This document shows, in pieces, positions 10,305 to 20,235 of a DNA stretch of 64,000 bases. The stretch is from Candidatus Multivoradales bacterium (GTDB lineage Bacteria > Acidobacteriota > Thermoanaerobaculia > Multivoradales > JAHEKO01). The notes below the pieces were generated by a model that had not been told where the DNA came from, searched no databases, and was given only the letters and a program-made list of their open reading frames with translations. The stretch is from the NCBI GenBank assembly GCA_965248055.1, contig CBDFIJ010000004.1:1088001-1152000 (forward strand), in the 5' to 3' direction. Numbering within the stretch: position 1 is the first letter of the stretch; each line of letters opens with the position of its first letter. Position numbers and translations under genes: made by a program.

Positions 10305-11381
10305 ATGCTCACCTCCGATTTCGACTTCCATCTCCCCGACCATCTGATCGCCTCAGAGGCTGTCCCCAGAGGCACCAGCCGGATGTTGGTAGTCCAGGGT
10401 TCCGCCTTGGTCAACGATTCGGTCAGCAACCTAGCCAAGCACCTTCGCCCCGGCGACGCTTTGGTGGTCAACGACACCCGCGTGATTCCGGCCCGTCTGT
10501 TTGCTGCCCGAGAGGTAGACCGTGCAAAACAAGACGATGAAAGCCAATCCCAGCTTGAACTTCTACTGGTCGAAAAGCTCGACGACACCACCTGGACGAC
10601 ATTGGTCAAACCGGGTCGCCGGGCCAAGCTCGGCAGCCGATGGCAAGTGCTTGACCGCCACCAGAATCCGGTCACCGGACTGGAGGTGGTTGGGCGCCCT
10701 GATACCTACACCGAGCAACGCGGGATATTCACCGTTCGTTTCGATCAACCGATCGATCCTGACCTGGAAGCGGTCGGCCACGTCCCTTTGCCTCCGTATA
10801 TTCAAAGACCCGACACCCCGGATGACCGGGACCGTTACCAGACCGTCTACGCTGCTCACGACGGCGCCATCGCCGCCCCCACCGCCGGACTGCACTTCAA
10901 CGATGAGCTGCTCGGCAGCATTCAGAATCATGGCGTCCACTTGGCCCGGGTGACCTTGCATGTGGGCATCGGCACCTTCCAACCGGTGACTGCAACCCTG
11001 GCCCACGAGCATCAAATGGAACCCGAACGCTACCTAGTATCAACGGAGACCGCCAAATTGCTCAACCGAACCCGGCAAGACGGGGGGCGAATCGTCGCGG
11101 TTGGCACCACCGCTGTTCGCACCCTGGAGTCTGTGGTCGATGATCAGGGAGTTCTTCATCCAGGTGAAGGAAAGACCAATTTGTTCATCTTGCCGGGCTA
11201 TCGATTCCGCGCGATCGAAGCCCTGCTCACCAACTTCCACCTTCCCAAGTCAACTCTGTTGATGCTGGTTTCCGCGTTCGCCGGCAAGAATCGCGTACTC
11301 AACGCGTACCGCCATGCGGTCGAAGCCAAATACCGGTTCTACTCGTACGGCGACTGTATGTTCATAAACCCTTCGGCGTAG
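10305..11381 (+). CDS. queA: S-adenosylmethionine:tRNA ribosyltransferase-isomerase
   Basis: SDFDFHLP, NDTRVIPARL, PLPPYI, AAPTAGLHF, TNFHLPKSTL, YRFYSYGDCM. Confidence 0.98.
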   Translation: MLTSDFDFHLPDHLIASEAVPRGTSRMLVVQGSALVNDSVSNLAKHLRPGDALVVNDTRVIPARLFAAREVDRAKQDDESQSQLELLLVEKLDDTTWTTLVKPGRRAKLGSRWQVLDRHQNPVTGLEVVGRPDTYTEQRGIFTVRFDQPIDPDLEAVGHVPLPPYIQRPDTPDDRDRYQTVYAAHDGAIAAPTAGLHFNDELLGSIQNHGVHLARVTLHVGIGTFQPVTATLAHEHQMEPERYLVSTETAKLLNRTRQDGGRIVAVGTTAVRTLESVVDDQGVLHPGEGKTNLFILPGYRFRAIEALLTNFHLPKSTLLMLVSAFAGKNRVLNAYRHAVEAKYRFYSYGDCMFINPSA

Positions 11382-11391
11382 AGAGGCACGG

Positions 11392-12780
11392 ATGTCAGAC
11401 GCACCCACCCATCGCGTGGTCATTGTCGGAGGTGGGGTTGGCGGGTTGAGTGCCGCCCAAGCTCTAGCGGAGGCACCCTTCGACATAGCGTTGGTTGATC
11501 GCCGTAACTTCCACTTGTTCCAACCGCTGCTCTACCAAGTCGCGACCGGCGGCCTCTCTCCAGCGAACATCGCGGCACCGCTGCGACGCATTTTCAGCCG
11601 CCAGAGCAACGTCGACGTGGTTCTCGGGGAGGTAGAAGGGTTCGATCTGGCCGTCCAGCGTGTTCACCTCGCCGACCACGATCTCCGTTTCGACACCCTC
11701 ATTGTCGCCGCAGGGTCGCGGCACGGCTACTTCGGCAACGATCACTGGGAACCGCTGGCGCCCGGACTCAAAACCGTCGAAGACGCGCCCGAGATTCGTC
11801 GACGCTTGCTGATGGCCTTTGAAGCCTCCGAAACTAGCGAGGATAGTGACCAACGGCGCGCTTGGATGACCTTCGTGATCGTCGGCGCCGGCCCTACCGG
11901 CGTGGAACTGGCAGGGGCCTTGGCCGAGTTGGCGCACTACACCCTGCGGAACGAGTTTCGCCATATTGACCCAGCCGAGGCCAACATCATCCTGGTCGAC
12001 GCCGGTGACCGTATCCTCCCCGCCTACAGCGAAGATCTTTCGCATAAAGCCCTGCGATCTCTGCAACGCTTCGGCGTCAGAGTTCATACCGGATCGCCAA
12101 TCGTCGATGTTCAACCCGAGCATGTCCTCATCGCAATAAACGGCGGTCGAGAAACCGTTCCCGCGCGCACCGTATTGTGGGCGGCTGGGGTACGGGCCTC
12201 GCCTCTCGCTCGCTGGCTGGCTGAAGCGACTGGAGCCGACCTGGACCGGGCCGGACGCATCGCGGTCAGCCCCGACCTCACCTTGCCCGGCCAGCCAAAC
12301 GTCTTTGTCATTGGTGACATGGCCGCAGCCCAAGCTGCTGACGGCGGCCTGCTGCCCGGAGTCGCTCCGGTTGCTCAACAGCAAGGACGCTACGTAGCGA
12401 AAATGCTTGCGGAGCGGCTGGACAGGGAGCCCGGATCCGCCAGTCCCGTGGCTCTTTTTCACAACCGCAATCGCGACGCTGCTCCTTTTCGATACCGCAA
12501 TCGCGGCACCATGGCCACCATCGGTCGTTCCGCCGCGGTCGCCATGATTGGGCGGTGGCGTTTTTCTGGGCTACCCGCCTGGCTGATGTGGCTGTTTATT
12601 CACCTGATGCAGCTGGTGCGCTTCGAGAACCGCGTTCTGGTCGCCTGGCAGTGGGCGTGGAGCTATCTCACCTGGAATCGATCAGCCCGCCTGATTACCG
12701 GGCCCAGGGCACTGCTACGCAACCCCGCGGATGCTCGAACTGATGACTCGCAAGCGACCGGAGACGACGCAGACGAATAG
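11392..12780 (+). CDS. ndh: Type II NADH dehydrogenase (FAD-dependent)
   Basis: GGGVGG, FQPLLYQVATG, GAGPTGVELAG, FVIGD. Confidence 0.92.
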   Translation: MSDAPTHRVVIVGGGVGGLSAAQALAEAPFDIALVDRRNFHLFQPLLYQVATGGLSPANIAAPLRRIFSRQSNVDVVLGEVEGFDLAVQRVHLADHDLRFDTLIVAAGSRHGYFGNDHWEPLAPGLKTVEDAPEIRRRLLMAFEASETSEDSDQRRAWMTFVIVGAGPTGVELAGALAELAHYTLRNEFRHIDPAEANIILVDAGDRILPAYSEDLSHKALRSLQRFGVRVHTGSPIVDVQPEHVLIAINGGRETVPARTVLWAAGVRASPLARWLAEATGADLDRAGRIAVSPDLTLPGQPNVFVIGDMAAAQAADGGLLPGVAPVAQQQGRYVAKMLAERLDREPGSASPVALFHNRNRDAAPFRYRNRGTMATIGRSAAVAMIGRWRFSGLPAWLMWLFIHLMQLVRFENRVLVAWQWAWSYLTWNRSARLITGPRALLRNPADARTDDSQATGDDADE

Positions 12781-12836
12781 GTGGGCACTGTGGTGATCTG
12801 GCAGCGAGGAATCAAACAACAACCCGAGCGCCTAGA

Positions 12837-13259
12837 TCAACCCTTGGTCTGGGAGCCGCTCACCCGACCACGACCCAGCACCATCGCATAGCGAAAACTA
12901 GACGGGGCATGGCTGGAGATCACCGACACCAAGACCAGTAACCCCAGTACCCACGGCTGCCACGACCCCAGCTTGGGCCAGATCACCAGCGTCCCAATCT
13001 TGATCAACACCACCAAGCCACGCACTTGCAGCATCATTGCTGCACTCTCATACAGATCCAGCAGTAACAACAGCACTCCGGACAACACCGCCGCCAGCCA
13101 CCAAGGCTGAACCGCGGCAGGGCCAACGCCGAACACCGTGCCACCCAGCAACACTGCCACCAGCAGTACATGCGCGGCGCGCAGCACGATCTTCACCGTG
13201 CGTCGGGCGTCAAAGGATCTGGGGCGTTCAGGGAACAGCAGTGCAGTGAGGCGGCTCAT
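12837..13259 (-). CDS. Hypothetical 4-TM membrane protein
   Basis: Hydrophobic ORF with AAHVLL and ISSHAP histidine motifs. Confidence 0.7.
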   Translation of the reverse strand: MSRLTALLFPERPRSFDARRTVKIVLRAAHVLLVAVLLGGTVFGVGPAAVQPWWLAAVLSGVLLLLLDLYESAAMMLQVRGLVVLIKIGTLVIWPKLGSWQPWVLGLLVLVSVISSHAPSSFRYAMVLGRGRVSGSQTKG

Positions 13260-13347
13260 GAGGGGATGATGGCATGCTCAGTTTTCTCAGTGTTCTCTGG
13301 ATCACGGCTGCCCATCAGACCAATCGTATTCCACCGTCCAGCACACC

Positions 13348-13393
13348 AATTACTCAATACGTTGAGTAATTTTACTCAGTGCATTGAGTAATT
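13348..13393. promoter_or_regulatory. Tandem palindromic sites TTACTCA-N6-TGAGTAA x2
   Basis: Copies at 13350-13369 and 13372-13391, 22-bp period. Confidence 0.55.
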
Positions 13394-13408
13394 CGACAGG
13401 CTACAGAG

Positions 13409-14026
13409 CTATTGAACCTCGTCAAACGCCAACACTTGATACACCGGCTCAACCAACGCCCAGTTGGCATCCCAGTCCTCAGCGGGTGATTCAAATATCA
13501 CCAAGTACACGGTTCCGGTGTTCGGATTAGACAGCCACAGATAGTAGATGCGCACGTCAACCCCGTCAGGAAGGTGATCCACGACTTCCAGTCGGGTGGC
13601 GATAAACGGCGTCCCTTTCTTGGTTCCCTCTTTGAGGACCTCACGACTGCCACCAGCAGCAGACAAATGCTGCGCCATCTCCGCGGCAAACTGCTGCGGT
13701 GGAATGCCCCGCTTACCGGGAATATCCTTCAACTGGTTGATGGTGATCCCGGTATCAAATCCGTCGTTCGGAAGGATTTCTTCTTTGCTGATGAAACACG
13801 CCGCAGTGCCGCCTTGCTCCGCAGCCAGAAAGTGCCAGCCTGGAGGCACCAGAAACTGAGCCTTCATCAACTCACAGGGATGCCAGGTGTAGCCCTCCGG
13901 CACCTCCAGTTGGACCGGAGATTGCGGAGCTGTTGGCTGCTGCGCCTCAACCTGGGCGTGAACAACGGAGACGCCCAGCAACAAGATCGCCGCAAGCAAT
14001 CTCGCGACGACAATCGCTTGATCCAT
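13409..14026 (-). CDS. Exported hypothetical protein
   Basis: Signal peptide ending VHA; FLVPPGW...YLVIFESP pattern. Confidence 0.7.
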   Translation of the reverse strand: MDQAIVVARLLAAILLLGVSVVHAQVEAQQPTAPQSPVQLEVPEGYTWHPCELMKAQFLVPPGWHFLAAEQGGTAACFISKEEILPNDGFDTGITINQLKDIPGKRGIPPQQFAAEMAQHLSAAGGSREVLKEGTKKGTPFIATRLEVVDHLPDGVDVRIYYLWLSNPNTGTVYLVIFESPAEDWDANWALVEPVYQVLAFDEVQ

Positions 14027-14042
14027 TCGTCCTTGCTTCGAA

Positions 14043-14363
14043 CTATCTAGAGCGACCAATTTCAATCCCCTCTCGAATTCTGACTCTCCACACCTCGGGA
14101 CTAGGATCGGCAATCGCCACCCACTCGGAAAACACCCGCTTCGCCGGGGCGAAAGGAAAGCTTTCTCCGCTCTCCACTAGTGCCGCGACTCGGGACTTGT
14201 CGAGCTTGACGATCGGGTTGTCGGTCTTGCGCTCTATTGCGGCGAGAAATTCACCACCGACCCGCAGGCAATCAAACCCGATCAAAGTGCCCTTCTCAAA
14301 ATCACCCTCGGCGAGGAACTCCTCCGCCAGCTGCCAAAACTGGTCTTCCGCTTCGCTACTCAC
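14043..14363 (-). CDS. Hypothetical protein (MmcQ/YjbR/TfoX-like)
   Basis: GFDCLRVGGEF...IVKL...EWVAI pattern. Confidence 0.6.
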   Translation of the reverse strand: MSSEAEDQFWQLAEEFLAEGDFEKGTLIGFDCLRVGGEFLAAIERKTDNPIVKLDKSRVAALVESGESFPFAPAKRVFSEWVAIADPSPEVWRVRIREGIEIGRSR

Positions 14364-14598
14364 TCTTATCCTCCAACTGATCTTCTGATTGTTCCTCTGG
14401 CTGTCCTTTCGACTGTTCTTCTATCTGTCCCTCAGATTCGGCCTTGCGGGTCCACTCCCTGCCGATGGCAAACCCCAGCGCCACCCCGGCACCAATGCCG
14501 ACCGCGATATTGCCGGTCGCCACCCCGATCCCGACTCCAATCGCGATTCCAGCGGCGATTCCACGTCCCATCAGTGTTTGATCCTTGGACTTACCCAT
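14356..14598 (-). CDS. Small glycine-zipper membrane protein
   Basis: GIAAGIAIGVGIGVATGNIAVGIGAGVALG plus acidic tail. Confidence 0.65.
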   Translation of the reverse strand: MGKSKDQTLMGRGIAAGIAIGVGIGVATGNIAVGIGAGVALGFAIGREWTRKAESEGQIEEQSKGQPEEQSEDQLEDKSE

Positions 14599-14651
14599 CA
14601 ACTTTTTCCCTCGCTGCTCATTCTCCCCTATCTCGCGCTCGTGCACAGATG

Positions 14652-14709
14652 CGGTGACAGGATACTTATTTCCCGCTACCCATTCTTTACAACTAGTATC
14701 CTGTCACCG
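14652..14709. repeat. REPIN-like dyad CGGTGACAGGATACT-N28-AGTATCCTGTCACCG
   Basis: Perfect 15-bp inverted arms; related copies at 14871, 18191, 18811, 21918. Confidence 0.85.
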
Positions 14710-14870
14710 TATTTCTCTTCGACAGCCCCAAGGCGATGCCTCCGGCAATCCCCAGAGCAAGGTTGCCGATCACTACGCCGAGAGTGGCACCGATTGCCAC
14801 GCCGACGGCAATCCCACGACCCGCGTGGATGGTCTTGTTCAATTTTCCGCTCTCCTAGTGGAGCAAATGA

Positions 14871-14926
14871 GGTGACAGGATACCTATTCCCCGCCGCTCT
14901 ACTCCTGATATGCGTATCCGGTCACC
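14871..14926. repeat. REPIN-like dyad (second copy)
   Basis: GGTGACAGGATAC...GTATCCGGTCACC. Confidence 0.8.
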
Positions 14927-15007
14927 GTATACATACATTGCTCCACCATCATGCTTCGGGCCTTCATAGCCGCCGGAGCTAACTATCTCAATGAGCGGCC
15001 GCTTACG

Positions 15008-15592
15008 CTATTGCTCTCCTACGTCTTTCGGTGCACTGCCTTCGTTGGCGCGAGTCTTCAGCACCCCGCGTCCAACAAGTTCTTCACAAAATCTCGCACC
15101 GACCGCAATCACGGTTCGACAAAACCCCCGCAGATAGTGAACTGGCAAAGGCTGATCTCCTACAGTCACGCCGGGGTTACGAGCGACAGCGAAGTCCTCA
15201 GTGTGTTCCCAGTCTTCGTGGCTCGCACCAAATTGCTGAGCCCAGGACGCAATGAACTTCGATCTCGTGAAGATCGCTCTTTCTCCACTCGGAGTGTGTT
15301 GCATGAAACACACCTCTGCCAAGTAATCCTCTAAAGATACCGCCTTCGGACCGACAGGGCGGTCGAGAGTAACCTTAACCGTGGACTCATACTTGACCAT
15401 TAAGTCGAGAAGTAGTGGCTTATTTGTACGCGTGCGAACGACAAGAACCCGTAGCTTGCCCGCTATTTCGCCATAGTAGCGATCATCTCCTTCACCGAAC
15501 GCGCGTTGCGCAAAATCTTCCAACAATGACAGATGCCTAATAAGAGTGTGGAGGAGGTCTTCATCCGGCCTTGCAATACGCTTCTTTCTCAT
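15008..15592 (-). CDS. Hypothetical protein, cassette-like
   Basis: ATG directly preceded by GTTAGCT; a second GTTAGCT 25 bp past the stop; EIAGKLRVL...GASHED. Confidence 0.7.
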   Translation of the reverse strand: MRKKRIARPDEDLLHTLIRHLSLLEDFAQRAFGEGDDRYYGEIAGKLRVLVVRTRTNKPLLLDLMVKYESTVKVTLDRPVGPKAVSLEDYLAEVCFMQHTPSGERAIFTRSKFIASWAQQFGASHEDWEHTEDFAVARNPGVTVGDQPLPVHYLRGFCRTVIAVGARFCEELVGRGVLKTRANEGSAPKDVGEQ

Positions 15593-15681
15593 AGCTAACG
15601 GCGACAAGCTTACTCAAATCACCTCCTAATCTCATCGTCTCGGCTTTCGCCAACCCCAAACACGAATATGCTTCAACCCAA

Positions 15682-16932
15682 ATGAGACAAAAACAACCCC
15701 GCACCCCGGCGATGATCTTCATCTTCATCACCATCTTCATCGACATCCTCGGGATCGGGATCATTATTCCTGTGTTGCCGGAGTTGGTGAAGGGGTTTGT
15801 CGGCGGGGAAACGGCGGTGGCGAGTCGCTATTACGGCGCGATTGCTGCGGTGTATGCCTTGATGCAGTTTTTCTTTGCCCCGGTATTGGGGTCGCTGTCG
15901 GATCGATTCGGACGACGACCGGTGTTGTTGGGTTCGTTATTCGGTTTGGGATTGGACTATGTGGTGATGGGGTTTTCGACCTCGATCTGGTGGTTGTTCG
16001 CGGGGCGTACTCTGTCGGGGATATTGGGGGCGAGCTACACCACCGCGAATGCCTACATCGCCGATATCTCGTCGGCGGAGAACCGGGCGCGCAACTTCGG
16101 TTTGGTGGGGGTGGCGTTTGGTCTGGGGTTTGTCTTCGGCCCCGCGCTGGGCGGGATTCTGGGTGGAATTGATCTCCGACTACCGTTTTTCGTTTCCGCT
16201 GGACTGGCTCTGGTCAACTGGCTCTACGGCTACTTCGTGGTGCCGGAGTCGCTGGCACCGGAGAATCGCAGCAAGTTCACCTGGAGGATGGCCAACCCGT
16301 TGGGCAGCCTGCGCATCTTGCGTGCCTATCCTTTGGTGGCCGGGCTGGCGGTGGCGTTCGTGCTGATGGTGCTGGCCCAGCGCGGCCTGGAAACCACCTG
16401 GGTGCTTTACACCGGCCATCGCTATGGCTGGGACCAACGCACCAACGGCCTGGCCCTGGGGTTGGTCGGGGTGATGGCAGTGATCGTTCAGGGAGTACTG
16501 GTGAAACCGGTGATCTCTCGTCTCGGCGAACGGCGTACCATCTTGCTAGGCATGCTGGTGGCGGTCGGCGCCTTTCTCGGCTACGGACTGTCCACCGAAG
16601 GCTGGATGATCCCCGTGGTGATCATTCTGGGTTCGCTGGGCGGCCTCGCTGGCCCCGCCTTGCAGGGATTGGTCGCCGGCACCGTCGGCCCCTCCGATCA
16701 AGGCAAAGTGCAAAGCGCCTTGACCTCATTGATGAGCCTGACCGCGATCGCCGCGCCCTTGATCTTTGTCGCTGGGATCTTCAGCTATTTCACTTCGGAA
16801 GCGGCCCCGTTTCAACTGCCGGGAGCACCGTTCTTGCTCGGATCGTTGTTGTCGGTTGCAGCGTTGGTAGTGCTGGTGCGGTTGTTTCGCAGACTTCCAG
16901 AATCATCCGCTCTTTCGTCTGAAAAGCGCTGA
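15682..16932 (+). CDS. MFS transporter, TetA/DHA1 (TCR/Tet) family
   Basis: IDILGIGIIIPVLP, motif A GSLSDRFGRRPVL, motif C GFVFGPALGG. Confidence 0.93.
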   Translation: MRQKQPRTPAMIFIFITIFIDILGIGIIIPVLPELVKGFVGGETAVASRYYGAIAAVYALMQFFFAPVLGSLSDRFGRRPVLLGSLFGLGLDYVVMGFSTSIWWLFAGRTLSGILGASYTTANAYIADISSAENRARNFGLVGVAFGLGFVFGPALGGILGGIDLRLPFFVSAGLALVNWLYGYFVVPESLAPENRSKFTWRMANPLGSLRILRAYPLVAGLAVAFVLMVLAQRGLETTWVLYTGHRYGWDQRTNGLALGLVGVMAVIVQGVLVKPVISRLGERRTILLGMLVAVGAFLGYGLSTEGWMIPVVIILGSLGGLAGPALQGLVAGTVGPSDQGKVQSALTSLMSLTAIAAPLIFVAGIFSYFTSEAAPFQLPGAPFLLGSLLSVAALVVLVRLFRRLPESSALSSEKR

Positions 16933-16999
16933 CCCCGCAGATGGAACCAACTCGCTGACCAGTCAACTCGCATCGGCCTCAGTTCTAGTGCGGAATTTG

Positions 17000-18145
17000 T
17001 CACTCTCCTTCCTGCGATTTGGGCTCCCAAGGTAGAGCGAGCAAATCGCCGTTCTGCATACCGACGAACAACGCTGAACTGGAGCTACCAAGGCCTCGCG
17101 GGAGCCCTCTCATCGGTCGCTCCCAACGAAGGCTGCCATCGCTTAGGGCCACAGCGGCTAACTGATCTCGAACACCAACGATGACTTGGTCACCAACGAC
17201 GAGAGGCTCGAAGGTGCCAAACCCACCGACAATGTTGGTTGTGTGGCGCCACAGCTCATGAGAAAGATCTGGAACAACGCAGCTCAATGCATGGTCGGAC
17301 GCACTCAAGCCTTGAGGTGATGCGACCAGCGCCAGAACACAGTTTTCGGTCGCCACCAATTCCCCATAAATCATCCCACCGATAGAGAGCTCGGACACGA
17401 TCGTGCCGTCGGCGCGATGGACGCGAACCATTCCACCTTCGAGCGTGCCGACCACAAGGTCAACGCCGATCGCTACCGCCGAGCTATTGGGAGGACTGGC
17501 AAGCTCAAGGCGCCATATCAAATCACCTGTTACCACGTCATACGCGTCGAGATGACCCGCATTCCAAGGCACATAGTAGCGGCCATCGGCCAACAGTGGA
17601 TCAAAGGGAAAAGCCCCTGAAGCGAGGGCAAACGCGTTTTCCACCCGCCAGCGCGCATCGCCCGTGTCCAGGTCAAACGCAGCCACCTCGCCATTCATCG
17701 CTGCCACCAAGACTGTATCGCCAAACCGCTTCAGGTCGACGGCAACGCCTAACGGAAAGGTGCGCTTCCATCGAGCGGCGCCATCTTTTCGCTCGAAGGC
17801 ATAGATATGGCCAACAGGACGGGCGTCGGAGCCGACGATAACCAGATCGTCAGTTACTAGAACATCGCCGTGGAACTGGGCTGCGGTTCCGTTGGTCGCA
17901 GTGTCGTACTGCCACAATACTGTGCCCGTTTCCGCTTCAAAGGCATAGAAGACGCCTGAGCACGATCCAACATAGACAGCTTCATCCGCGACCGCGGGTG
18001 CGATGAACACTCACCCCTTGGTGTTGAAAGTCCAAGTCGCTTCGGCAGCCAAGCGATCGGCTCGGGCATCCTCCGCACCCAACTGAGCAACGCCCAAGAG
18101 AAAAACGGCACAGGTAAATCGGAACACTGAGGTTAACTCAGTCAT
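17000..18145 (-). CDS. Secreted PQQ/BamB-type beta-propeller protein with in-frame UGA (candidate selenoprotein)
   Basis: ORFs 18011-18208 and 17000-18010 are contiguous in one frame: ...WTFNTKG-TGA-VFIAPAVADEAVYVGSCSG; signal peptide from ATG 18145; repeated AxDxxTGxxxW blades. Confidence 0.8.
17981..18007 (-). promoter_or_regulatory. Candidate bacterial SECIS hairpin
   Basis: UUCAU-CGCAC-CCGC-GGUC-GCGG-AUGAA; GGUC loop begins 17 nt after the UGA. Confidence 0.6.
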
Positions 18146-18190
18146 GTCGAGAAGATTATCACCATTGCCCATCCTCACGAATGGAAAATA

Positions 18191-18247
18191 CGGGGACAGG
18201 ATACTCATTTCTCCCTAATTGCTAGTCAGATCACTATCCTGTCCCCG
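18191..18247. repeat. REPIN-like dyad (third copy)
   Basis: CGGGGACAGGATA...TATCCTGTCCCCG with compensatory change in both arms. Confidence 0.8.
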
Positions 18248-18313
18248 TGTTTGCAGTCACCTCACGCCCGCGACAAGACCTAACGGGATTGATGTTTGAG
18301 AACGCACGCCTTT

Positions 18314-18730
18314 CTAACTGATCGGGCCGGACTCGTAGTTCCAGAGAATCCATCTTCCTGGAGTCCACAACAAATCCAGATAGTTTTCAGACCCACCAAA
18401 CGTAAACTTGTTGTAGAACAGACTGACACGAGCCGAGACGGGGTTGGATCGCAGGAAAGTAACCTCCAGGCGATCGCAACTCTCCCACCGCAGAGAAGCT
18501 CTCCTTGTTGGTTCGACAAAACCAATCGAGCAGATTCTTGTCGTTGGGTCCAAGATGCCTAGTTCTTCAGCTTCGGTTTGTAACAGTACATCTCCATTGT
18601 TGCTCTCAATCCATTTCTTGTACGCAGTCAAGTTTCCCTTAAATCGACTCCTAGTCGATTCGTCCAGCACAACGACAAACGGTGCCCGAACCACGTTGTC
18701 GTAGCGGTTTCCCTTAGCCATCTCCTGCAC
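18314..18730 (-). CDS. Hypothetical protein (start uncertain)
   Basis: Open frame in an AT-richer stretch; no recognisable motif. Confidence 0.5.
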   Translation of the reverse strand: MQEMAKGNRYDNVVRAPFVVVLDESTRSRFKGNLTAYKKWIESNNGDVLLQTEAEELGILDPTTRICSIGFVEPTRRASLRWESCDRLEVTFLRSNPVSARVSLFYNKFTFGGSENYLDLLWTPGRWILWNYESGPIS

Positions 18731-18867
18731 CAGGAACCTTGAGCGGGCCTCTTCCAGAAGGCGAGGCAGATCACGCGCAAGCGCTTTGTCTCTGTCAAGG
18801 CGTAGGAAAGCGGTGCCAGGATACTCCTTCTAGCCGGTACAGCCACCCTCTTTGACCACTCGTTTGG

Positions 18868-20235
18868 GAGATATAACCGAAAGTTGTGTATGAGAGTTTG
18901 AAGGCGGCGTATCCTGAGCCCGGTTTTTGTCTGGGTTCAATCATCCAAAAAAGGAGGATACGCCGTTGAGCAAGAGTAACGTAATTTCAATCGATCAGTC
19001 AGAGCGTCCTGAGGACGCTCTGAGCGAGGTCCTTCGCCTGGGTTCACGGCTGCTTCTTTGCGAAGCAATCGAGGCCGAGGTGGCGAGTTTTTTGGCCGAG
19101 TACCAAGATCAACGTACAGCGGCGGGTCACCGCCGTTTGGTGAGAAACGGCTACATGCCGGAGCGGGAGATCCAGACCGGTATAGGTGGAGTTTCAGTCA
19201 AGGTGCCACGGGTGCGGGATCGCCAGGGTGAGCTTCAGTTTCGCTCCAATCTAGTGCCACCGTACCTGCGCCGGTCCAAGAGCGTCGAGGATCTCTTGCC
19301 CTGGCTGTACTTGCGGGGGATATCGACCGGAGACTTCAGCGATGCTCTCGAGGCCCTGGTGGGTCCTGATGCACCTGGGCTTTCAGCTTCGACGGTGAGC
19401 CGGCTCAAACGCGTCTGGGGCCAGGAGTACAGCGAATGGCGGCAGCGCGATCTTTCTTCCAAGCGCTACGTCTACGTATGGGCTGACGGCATCTACTGCA
19501 AGGCTCGTCTGGATAACGCCAAGCTCTGCTTGCTGGTGTTAATTGGGGCCACAGCGGATGGCAACAAGGAGCTGATCGCTGTTGAAGACGGTTACCGGGA
19601 GAGTGAGGCGTCATGGCTGGAGCTGCTGCGAGGCTTGGAGAGAAGAGGCCTTACATTCGAGCCTAAGATCGCAATCGGTGATGGCAACCTGGGTTTCTGG
19701 AAGGCTCTGGCTCAGGTGTGGGGCAATACCAAGACCCAGCGCTGCTGGGTCCACAAGACGGCCAACATCTTGAATAAGCTCCCCAAGGTGATCCAACCCA
19801 AGGCCAAGCAGGCGATCCATCAGATCTGGATGGCCGAGACCAGGAAAGATGCCGAGAGGGCTTTTGATGCATTCCAGGCAATCTACCAAGCCAAATATCC
19901 GAAAGCGGTCCAGTGCTTGGTCAAAGATCGCGACCAGCTACTCGCTTTCTACGATTTCCCGGCTGAGCACTGGCTGCACTTGAGGACCACTAACCCAATC
20001 GAATCAACCTTTGCCACCGTGCGCTTGAGAACCGCCAAGACCCGGGGCTGTCTGTCGAGAGAAACCATGCTCTCGATGGTCTTCAAGCTCTGTCAGAGTG
20101 CTGAGAAACGATGGCGAAGGCTACAGGGCTACAAGCGCATTGCCCAAGTCGTTGAAGGGGTCCATTTCGTCGACGGAGAAAAACAAAATCGGATCGCCGC
20201 CTGATGACCCGATACACAACTTTTGACAATAACTC
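18868..20235 (+). mobile_element. IS256-family insertion sequence, intact
   Basis: Imperfect TIRs GAGATATAACCGAAAGTTGTGTAT / ATACACAACTTTTGACAATAACTC; 9-bp target duplication CTCGTTTGG at 18859-18867 and 20236-20244. Confidence 0.95.
18966..20204 (+). CDS. IS256 (Mutator-like) DDE transposase
   Basis: RNGY, VPRVRDR, YVWADG, IGDG, QRCWVHK, RTTNPIES; AAGGAGG before TTG 18966. Confidence 0.96.
   Translation: MSKSNVISIDQSERPEDALSEVLRLGSRLLLCEAIEAEVASFLAEYQDQRTAAGHRRLVRNGYMPEREIQTGIGGVSVKVPRVRDRQGELQFRSNLVPPYLRRSKSVEDLLPWLYLRGISTGDFSDALEALVGPDAPGLSASTVSRLKRVWGQEYSEWRQRDLSSKRYVYVWADGIYCKARLDNAKLCLLVLIGATADGNKELIAVEDGYRESEASWLELLRGLERRGLTFEPKIAIGDGNLGFWKALAQVWGNTKTQRCWVHKTANILNKLPKVIQPKAKQAIHQIWMAETRKDAERAFDAFQAIYQAKYPKAVQCLVKDRDQLLAFYDFPAEHWLHLRTTNPIESTFATVRLRTAKTRGCLSRETMLSMVFKLCQSAEKRWRRLQGYKRIAQVVEGVHFVDGEKQNRIAA

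Noticed and set aside
15682-16932. Tetracycline resistance gene tetA
   Set aside because: Family motifs only show a DHA1-type MFS; no adjacent divergent tetR and substrate cannot be inferred.
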